Below are positions 57,835 through 64,000 of a DNA stretch of 64,000 nucleotides, one piece after another. The stretch is taken from assembly GCA_045595605.1 (NCBI GenBank), contig JAZOAS010000149.1, positions 5,462 through 69,461 on the forward strand, read 5' to 3'. Under the pieces are notes generated by a model that saw only the letters and a program-made list of their open reading frames with translations, was not told the origin of the DNA and searched no databases. Each line of letters starts with the position of its first letter. Position 1 is the stretch's first letter. Origin of the DNA: Eubacteriales bacterium (lineage in GTDB: Bacteria; Bacillota; Clostridia; Oscillospirales; JAAYXM01). Both the position numbers and the translations under genes were made by a program.

Positions 57835-59709
57835 TTACTTATTTCCCCTCTGTTTAAGATAAAGCAGGAGCGCCGCAATATCGGCAGGGCTGACGCCTGA
57901 GATTCGTGACGCCTGACCGACGGATTTCGGGCGGATGTTTGAAAGCTTCTGCCTTGCTTCCGTGCGGAGTCCGATGAGCGACATATAGTCGATGTCCTCG
58001 GGAAGTGTTTTCTGCTCAAGCTTTTTGAACTGTTCAATCTGCGACATACTGCGCTTTATGTATCCGTCGTACTTCAGCGAGATTTCGACCGTTTCGATAA
58101 TATTCGGAGAAAGCTCTTCTCTCTTCTTGTCAAACGGAGAAAGTGCCGCATAGTCAAGCTGTGGGCGGCGGATGAGATCCGCAAGGCTCGCGCCGGTAGA
58201 GAGCGGGCTCGTTCCGCGTTCCATAAGAAACTCGTTTATTTCTTTTCCCGGAGGGATAACCGTCTTTTCAAGGCGGGTAAGCTCGTCCTCGCTTGCCTTT
58301 TTCTTGTTTATCATTCGCTCATACTTCTCTTTTGAAACAAGCCCGAGCGCATACCCCTTTTCCGTAAGGCGCAAATCGGCGTTATCCTGACGGAGATAGA
58401 GGCGGTATTCCGAGCGCGAGGTCATCATACGGTACGGCTCGTTTGTTCCCTTTGTGACGAGGTCGTCGATGAGCGTTCCGATATATGACTCTGACCTGTC
58501 AAGTGTAAACGGCTCTTTGCCGAAAAGTGAGTTTGCGGCATTTATTCCTGCGATAAGGCCCTGGACCGCGGCCTCTTCATAGCCTGAGCTTCCGCAGAAC
58601 TGACCCGCGCCGTAAAGACCGCGGACGGCTTTGACCGCAAGAGTTGCATCGAGCGCTGTCGGGTCGATGCAGTCATACTCTATCGCGTAGGCGAAGCGCA
58701 TAATTTCGGCATTTTCAAGCCCTTCGATAGAATGGACTATAAGAAGCTGGACATCCTCGGGAAGCGAGGAAGACAGCCCCTGAATATACATTTCGTCGGT
58801 GGAAAGGCCCATCGGCTCAACAAAGAGCTGGTGGCGCTTTTTATCCGCAAAGCGCATTACCTTATCTTCAATAGACGGGCAGTATCGCGGACCGACGCCT
58901 TTTATATTTCCGGAAAAGAGCGGTGAACGGTGGAGATTTTCGCGGATTATGCGATGGGTCTCCTCGTTTGTGTATGTAAGGTGGCAGATACGGAGGTTCT
59001 GAAGCTTGCGCTGCGTATCAAACGAAAACGGAGCAATATCCTCATCCCCCGGCTGCGGTTCCATTTTTGAAAAGTCGATTGACCTTGCATTGATTCTCGG
59101 TGGAGTTCCCGTTTTGAATCTTCTGAGCGGAAGCCCGAGAGAAAGAAGGTTCTCTGTAAGCTCGGTTGCGGCAAACATACCGTCAGGACCGCCCTCGCGG
59201 GAGCTTTCGCCGACGGTCGTCTTACCGCCGAGATATGTTCCCGTTGCAATAATGCACTTTGAAACGAGGTACTTTCCTCCCGTTGCGGTGACAACGGCGG
59301 AGACTTCGCCGTCAGTGACCTCAACCTTTACGATTTCAGCCTGAAGAAGGTGGAGATTCTCACACTTCTCAAGCGCTTCCTTCATTCGCGCCTGATACGC
59401 GCGTCTGTCTGCCTGAGCGCGGAGAGAATAAACGGCAGGACCCTTGCCACGGTTGAGCATACGGTACTGGATACAGGTATCGTCAGCAGCCCTACCCATT
59501 TCGCCACCGAGGGCGTCGAGCTCGCGGACGAGATGACCCTTTGCCGTACCGCCGATAGCGGGGTTACAGGGCATATTTCCGACGGAGTCAAGGTTTATGG
59601 AAAAGCAAATAACGCGCGCGCCAAGTCGCGCCGCAGAGAGCGCAGCTTCACAGCCCGCGTGCCCCGCGCCGATAACGGCAATATCATATTTTCCTGCGAT
59701 ATATTCCAT
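57835..59709 (-). CDS. mnmG: tRNA uridine-5-carboxymethylaminomethyl synthesis enzyme MnmG (GidA)
   Basis: FAD motif YDIAVIGAGHAGCEAA, 624 aa, conserved throughout. Confidence 0.97.
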   Translation of the reverse strand: MEYIAGKYDIAVIGAGHAGCEAALSAARLGARVICFSINLDSVGNMPCNPAIGGTAKGHLVRELDALGGEMGRAADDTCIQYRMLNRGKGPAVYSLRAQADRRAYQARMKEALEKCENLHLLQAEIVKVEVTDGEVSAVVTATGGKYLVSKCIIATGTYLGGKTTVGESSREGGPDGMFAATELTENLLSLGLPLRRFKTGTPPRINARSIDFSKMEPQPGDEDIAPFSFDTQRKLQNLRICHLTYTNEETHRIIRENLHRSPLFSGNIKGVGPRYCPSIEDKVMRFADKKRHQLFVEPMGLSTDEMYIQGLSSSLPEDVQLLIVHSIEGLENAEIMRFAYAIEYDCIDPTALDATLAVKAVRGLYGAGQFCGSSGYEEAAVQGLIAGINAANSLFGKEPFTLDRSESYIGTLIDDLVTKGTNEPYRMMTSRSEYRLYLRQDNADLRLTEKGYALGLVSKEKYERMINKKKASEDELTRLEKTVIPPGKEINEFLMERGTSPLSTGASLADLIRRPQLDYAALSPFDKKREELSPNIIETVEISLKYDGYIKRSMSQIEQFKKLEQKTLPEDIDYMSLIGLRTEARQKLSNIRPKSVGQASRISGVSPADIAALLLYLKQRGNK

Positions 59710-59846
59710 AAAAAGACTCTCCTTTGTTCAATACAGAATATTATACTATAAAACCGTAATTTCTGCAACGGAAAATAACAGGCGAACTTGTAAAAAGGCA
59801 GGAGATATGGTAAAATAAAGAAAAAAGACCCAAAGGAGAAAGTAAA

Positions 59847-61652
59847 ATGAAAAAGCTTATTGCGGTGATACTTTGTGCCGTTATGCTCACATCTCTTCTT
59901 CCGATGTCTGCTTTTGCGGCGAGCGGAACTCTTGTTCGCGAAGAAGAGCTTGCGAGAGATTTGAAAGCGCTTGGAATATTCAAGGGCGTTTCGGAAACTG
60001 ATTTCGCGCTTGACCGCGCGCCGACGCGAACTGAAGCTCTTGTTATGCTTATCCGCGTTCTCGGTCGTGAGAATGAGGCGCTTGCAAAGGGAGGACGGCA
60101 TCCGTTTTTGGATGTTCCGCAGTGGGCTGATAAATATGTAGGATATGCTTATGAGAACAACCTCACAAACGGCGTATCCGCTACAAAGTTCGGAAGTAAC
60201 AGCGTAGCCTCGGCGTCTATGTATATAACCTTCGTTCTCCGCGCGCTCGGATATTCCGATTCCAACGGGGATTTCACCTGGGATAACCCCTTTGCTCTCG
60301 CCCGTCAGACGGGAATCATGAGCGGAAACCCCGACATTATGAAATTCCTCCGTGCGGATGTTGTGCTTGTCTCTTATGCGGCGCTTGAGGCGCAAATCAA
60401 GGGAACACGCAAGACGCTTGCTCAGAAGCTTATTGAAGCGGGAGTGTTCACTGTTGAAGCTTACGACAGATACTATAATGTCTCCGAGTTTGAAAACGAA
60501 GGAATGAGCAAGATGCTCACAGCTGAAGAGATTTATGCGAAGTGCTCCCCCGCCGTTTTCTATATTGAGGTGTATGACCAGAGCGGAAAGCCTTTTGCAA
60601 TGGGCAGTGGCTTCTTTATAGACTCTGACGGTACGGCTGTAACAAACTACCATGTTATTGAGGGGGCGGCAAGTGCAAAAATCCGCCTTTCCGATAGCGG
60701 AAAAGTCCACAGAATCGAGAGTGTTTACGATTACAGCGCTGAGGAAGACTGGGCGGTTGTAAAAGTTAGCGGCAAGGACTTCCCATATCTCGAAATTGAA
60801 AAAGAAGAAGCCGTGCGCGGCGGACAGGTTGTTTATGCAATCGGAAGTCCGCAGGGGCTTGAAAACACAATTTCAGAAGGGCTTGTCTCAAATCCGAACC
60901 GTATTATCGGAGATGCGCAGTATATCCAGATAAGCGTTCCGATTTCTCAGGGTTCATCGGGAGGCGCGCTTATAAATCAATCAGGAAAGGTAATCGGCAT
61001 CACCTCTGCAATATGGGCAGAGGGTCAGAACTTAAACCTCGCGCGTCCGATTTCGGTAATTGAGGGCTACAATAAAGAAAAAGACCCCCACAACCACACG
61101 GGACAGTTTGAAAACAGTCATCTCCCGGTTGGCGAAGTTGATGTCATAGGCGTTCCGAGAGCGGACGTGGCACGAGAGGTTCTGCATCGGTGGATTGCAA
61201 ATAACAGCAACATAACAATCGGTAATATGCTGGCATACGGCGGAGTATATGAAGCTGACGGCGGAAAAGCAGGGCTCTATATTGCGTATGACTCCGGAGA
61301 AAATCTTTTCTATCTTCTTGGCGAATACAATTTTGACGGCGGTGACAGCTTTGGCGTAGTTCTTGCTTTCAGCCCCTATGACGATGAGGTTTTTACAAAG
61401 TATGAGTATTACCCTGAAGGCTGGGACCATGCCGATGTTTCGGAAGATCAGACATTCAGCAAAGATGATTTTAGCCAGGACTTTGGCTTTGAATTTAAAC
61501 AGGCGGTGTTTGTGGATGAAAAAGAGTTGCACCAGAATAATGCCGCATCGCTTGTGCTTGATTGTCTCTGGTTTGTAGATGATATTATGAGAAGAAATCT
61601 CACAGGATACGGACTCCGTGGCGTTGTCGATCTCGGATTTGTGTATTTCTAA
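59847..61652 (+). CDS. Secreted SLH-like-repeat / trypsin-like (S1C) serine protease with uncharacterised C-terminal domain
   Basis: Signal peptide ending SAFAAS. Two SLH-like segments (FKGVSETDFALDRAPTRTEALVMLIRVLG; GVSATKFGSNSVASASMYITFVLRALG). Protease His (TNYHVIEGA), Asp (DWAVVKV) and Ser (SQGSSGGALIN) regions. The last ~190 aa are unassigned. Confidence 0.75.
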   Translation: MKKLIAVILCAVMLTSLLPMSAFAASGTLVREEELARDLKALGIFKGVSETDFALDRAPTRTEALVMLIRVLGRENEALAKGGRHPFLDVPQWADKYVGYAYENNLTNGVSATKFGSNSVASASMYITFVLRALGYSDSNGDFTWDNPFALARQTGIMSGNPDIMKFLRADVVLVSYAALEAQIKGTRKTLAQKLIEAGVFTVEAYDRYYNVSEFENEGMSKMLTAEEIYAKCSPAVFYIEVYDQSGKPFAMGSGFFIDSDGTAVTNYHVIEGAASAKIRLSDSGKVHRIESVYDYSAEEDWAVVKVSGKDFPYLEIEKEEAVRGGQVVYAIGSPQGLENTISEGLVSNPNRIIGDAQYIQISVPISQGSSGGALINQSGKVIGITSAIWAEGQNLNLARPISVIEGYNKEKDPHNHTGQFENSHLPVGEVDVIGVPRADVAREVLHRWIANNSNITIGNMLAYGGVYEADGGKAGLYIAYDSGENLFYLLGEYNFDGGDSFGVVLAFSPYDDEVFTKYEYYPEGWDHADVSEDQTFSKDDFSQDFGFEFKQAVFVDEKELHQNNAASLVLDCLWFVDDIMRRNLTGYGLRGVVDLGFVYF

Positions 61653-61664
61653 GACATACCGCTA

Positions 61665-61694
61665 TTGACTTTTGGTCTTTTGGCGTGATATAAT
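61665..61694 (+). promoter_or_regulatory. scfA promoter
   Basis: TTGACT, 18-nt spacer, TATAAT with an upstream TG (TGATATAAT). Confidence 0.6.
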
Positions 61695-61731
61695 ACTAAA
61701 AAAGATATAAAACTTTACGGAGGCTTTTAAA

Positions 61732-61881
61732 ATGAACCATATCAAGACTTTAAAAACTCGTGACCTTTGCCAGAGTGCAAAAAACGGTGGTTGCGGTGAG
61801 TGCCAGACTTCTTGCCAGTCTGCTTGCAAGACAAGCTGCGGTATCGCAAACCAGAAGTGCGAGAATTCTTCAAAGAAGTAA
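61732..61881 (+). CDS. scfA: SCIFF (six-cysteines-in-forty-five) ribosomal peptide precursor
   Basis: Below the ORF-track cutoff. Hand translation MNHIKTLKTRDLCQSAKNGGCGECQTSCQSACKTSCGIANQKCENSSKK with a GGAGG SD. It carries the family signature GGCGECQTSCQSACKTSC. Confidence 0.9.
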   Translation: MNHIKTLKTRDLCQSAKNGGCGECQTSCQSACKTSCGIANQKCENSSKK

Positions 61882-61894
61882 GAAAAACTTTCAA

Positions 61895-61924
61895 AATACC
61901 GCCGTATATACGGCGGTATTTTTC
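61895..61924 (+). terminator. Hairpin plus T-run between scfA and scfB (probable attenuator)
   Basis: AATACCGCCG-tata-CGGCGGTATT followed by TTTC. Confidence 0.5.
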
Positions 61925-61943
61925 GTGAGGAGTAAAAAACACT

Positions 61944-63320
61944 ATGATACATACATACAAAATGGGCGGGCTCAATATCGTTCTCGATGTTTTCTCAGGC
62001 TCTATCCACGCGGTTGACGATGTAACTTATGACATTATAGAAAATTTTGAGGAAAAGTCGCGCGAGGTGCTTCTTTCCGAGGTTTCAAAAAAGTATGAGG
62101 ACATCGACAAAGCCGAAATTGAGGAGTGCTACGACGAGATATGCGCTCTTCGCGACGAGGGAAAGCTCTTTTCAAAGGACGATTTCCGCGCTATCGCGGG
62201 CGAGCTCAAGGAGAAGACCTCGGGCGTTGTAAAGGCGCTCTGTCTTCATATTGCCCACACCTGTAACTTAAACTGCTCATACTGTTTTGCAAGTCAGGGT
62301 AAATACTCGGGCGAGCGCGCTGTAATGAGCTTCGAAACGGGCAAGCGTGCGCTCGATTTCCTTATCGAAAATTCAGGCACGAGACGAAACCTCGAGGTTG
62401 ACTTCTTCGGCGGCGAGCCCCTTATGAACTTTGAGGTTGTAAAGAAGCTTGTTGAGTATGCAAGAAGCGTTGAAAAGGCAGCGGGAAAGAACTTCCGCTT
62501 CACGCTCACGACAAACGGTATGCTTATAGATGATGATGTCATAGATTTTGCAAACCGCGAGATGTCGAATGTGGTTTTAAGCCTTGACGGCAGACGCGAG
62601 ATTCACGACCGCTTCCGCGTTGACTATAACGGAAAAGGAAGCTTTGACCGGATTGTTCCGAAGTTTCAGAAGCTGGTGAAAGCGCGCGGCGGGAAAGAAT
62701 ATTACATGCGCGGTACATTCACCCACGCAAACCCCGACTTTTTGGAGGATATAAAGACGATGCTCGACCTTGGCTTTACGGAGCTTTCTATGGAGCCTGT
62801 CGTCTGCGCGCCGGGGGATTCGGCGGAGCTTACAAGGGCTGACCTTGAAATCGTAAAAGAGCAGTATGAACAGCTTGCATACCTTATGCTCGAGCGCGAA
62901 AAGCAAGGCAAACCCTTTACCTTCTATCACTATATGATTGACTTAACCGGAGGACCCTGCATCTACAAGCGAATTTCGGGTTGCGGTTCAGGTACGGAGT
63001 ATATGGCGGTCACGCCGTGGGGCGACCTTTACCCCTGCCACCAGTTCGTGGGAGACGAAAAATTCTGCCTCGGAAACATCTTTGACGGCGTTACAAACAC
63101 TGCCGTTCAGGATGAATTTAAAAAGTGTAATGTCTATGCGCACTCAGATTGCGACAACTGCTGGGCAAAGCTTTATTGCTCGGGCGGCTGTGCCGCAAAC
63201 GCTTACCACGCGACGGGTAGCGTCACGGGAATTTACGAAAGTGGCTGTGAGCTTTTCAGAAAGCGTATGGAATGCGCAATTTTCCTTGAGGTTTCACGAA
63301 GCCTCGGTGACGAAGAATGA
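61944..63320 (+). CDS. scfB: SCIFF radical-SAM/SPASM maturase
   Basis: CNLNCSYC radical-SAM triad, GGEPL, and a C-terminal SPASM Cys pattern (GCGSG...CHQF...CDNCWAKLYCSGGCAANA). Confidence 0.92.
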   Translation: MIHTYKMGGLNIVLDVFSGSIHAVDDVTYDIIENFEEKSREVLLSEVSKKYEDIDKAEIEECYDEICALRDEGKLFSKDDFRAIAGELKEKTSGVVKALCLHIAHTCNLNCSYCFASQGKYSGERAVMSFETGKRALDFLIENSGTRRNLEVDFFGGEPLMNFEVVKKLVEYARSVEKAAGKNFRFTLTTNGMLIDDDVIDFANREMSNVVLSLDGRREIHDRFRVDYNGKGSFDRIVPKFQKLVKARGGKEYYMRGTFTHANPDFLEDIKTMLDLGFTELSMEPVVCAPGDSAELTRADLEIVKEQYEQLAYLMLEREKQGKPFTFYHYMIDLTGGPCIYKRISGCGSGTEYMAVTPWGDLYPCHQFVGDEKFCLGNIFDGVTNTAVQDEFKKCNVYAHSDCDNCWAKLYCSGGCAANAYHATGSVTGIYESGCELFRKRMECAIFLEVSRSLGDEE

Positions 63321-64000
63321 GAACGCCGATTTGTGACTTTCTGAGAGAGTACGCGGAAAGAGAAGCCGTAAGGCTTCATATGCCGGGGCATAAGGGGAAA
63401 ACGGTGCTCGGTCCTGAAAAACTTGACATTACCGAGATTCACGGCGCGGATGTTCTCTATTCAGCCTGCGGGATAATAAAGGAAAGTGAAGATATCGCAT
63501 CCTCGCTTTTCGGAAGCGGGAAAACGCTTTACTCAGCCGAAGGCTCGTCGCTCGCTATCCGAGCGATGCTGTATCTTATAAAACGATACGCCACCGAAAA
63601 GGGCGAGAGGGCAAAAATCCTTGCCGGGAGAAATGCACATAAGACATTTATAACTGCATCTGCAATTCTCGATATTGATGTGAGATACATAGCCCCCGAT
63701 GAGATTTCCGCGCAAATTGCGGCGGAAAAACCGACGGCGGTATATGTAACAAGCCCCGATTATCTCGGAAAGTGTGCCGATACCAGGAATCTTTCCGAAA
63801 CTTGCCACAAAAACGGCGCAGTTCTGATTGTTGACAACGCCCACGGCGCATATTTAAAATTTTTGAAAGAATCACGCCACCCCATAGACCTCGGCGCGGA
63901 TATGTGCTGTGACTCGGCGCATAAAACGCTCCCCGTTCTCACGGGCGGTGCGTATCTCCACATAGCAAAGGGTGCTCCTGCGGAGTTTTCGGAATACGCA
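63317..64000 (+). CDS. PLP-dependent Orn/Lys/Arg-decarboxylase-family (major domain) protein, N-terminal 228 codons; runs off the window
   Basis: ATG overlaps the scfB stop (ATGA). Hand translation MRTPICDFLREYAEREAVRLHMPGHKGK...DNAHGAY...CCDSAHKTLPVLTGGAYLH, with HMPGHK and SxHK PLP-Lys motifs. Confidence 0.75.
   Translation, partial: MRTPICDFLREYAEREAVRLHMPGHKGKTVLGPEKLDITEIHGADVLYSACGIIKESEDIASSLFGSGKTLYSAEGSSLAIRAMLYLIKRYATEKGERAKILAGRNAHKTFITASAILDIDVRYIAPDEISAQIAAEKPTAVYVTSPDYLGKCADTRNLSETCHKNGAVLIVDNAHGAYLKFLKESRHPIDLGADMCCDSAHKTLPVLTGGAYLHIAKGAPAEFSEYA

Noticed and set aside
59595-60710. 371-aa minus-strand ORF overlapping the mnmG start and the protease gene
   Set aside because: The plus-strand frame has a signal peptide, SLH-like repeats and a Ser-protease catalytic triad. 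The minus-strand frame is low-complexity (Arg/Ser/Phe-rich) and would run through the mnmG promoter region.

Overview
This window is the replication-origin region of a Firmicutes/Clostridia chromosome. The proteins look Oscillospiraceae/Ruminococcaceae-like, but that taxon call is inference only. The core is rpmH-rnpA-yidD-yidC-jag on the minus strand facing dnaA-[DnaA-box cluster + AT-rich DUE]-dnaN-recF-remB-gyrB-gyrA on the plus strand. These are followed by rnhA, nifS-nifU, a MATE exporter and tRNA-Thr/tRNA-Tyr. Left of the origin lie a capsule BY-kinase module (PHP phosphatase, kinase, Wzz), an aroE-aroK fusion, an XRE regulator with an acyltransferase, and an mglBAC-like sugar ABC transporter. 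The left side also carries a ParB paralogue plus soj-spo0J, serS, potABCD with an XRE-cupin regulator, a polar amino-acid ABC transporter and a DUF1846 gene. Right of the tRNAs is a ~16-kb Wzx/Wzy-type exopolysaccharide locus (40.7-57.1 kb), visibly AT-rich from ~43.2 kb. It abuts a displaced rsmG-mnmG pair, and beyond that are an SLH/trypsin-like secreted protease and a SCIFF precursor with its radical-SAM maturase and a coupled PLP decarboxylase. I saw no CRISPR array, transposase, integrase, phage gene or recognisable defence system, and I did not find a clear-cut new multi-gene system. The signals most worth a second look are non-genic or small. (1) Promoter-like and terminator-like flanks are duplicated around two AT-rich orphan ORFs that bracket the rpmH-jag operon and the dnaA upstream region, with compensatory changes in the shared hairpin. 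(2) A phased 11-bp TGTCAAAAAGT array sits upstream of dnaA, and the AAAAAGTTGT motif clusters at origin-proximal promoters. (3) The SCIFF precursor is below the ORF-track cutoff and has a variant core. (4) An insulated array of AATGATGTT motifs alternating with mini-hairpins lies just 3' of the tRNAs. (5) Two parS-like palindromes lie between the ParB paralogue and soj. (6) A GC-rich multi-hairpin element sits in an otherwise AT-rich spacer. All coordinates were worked out by hand from the printed sequence.
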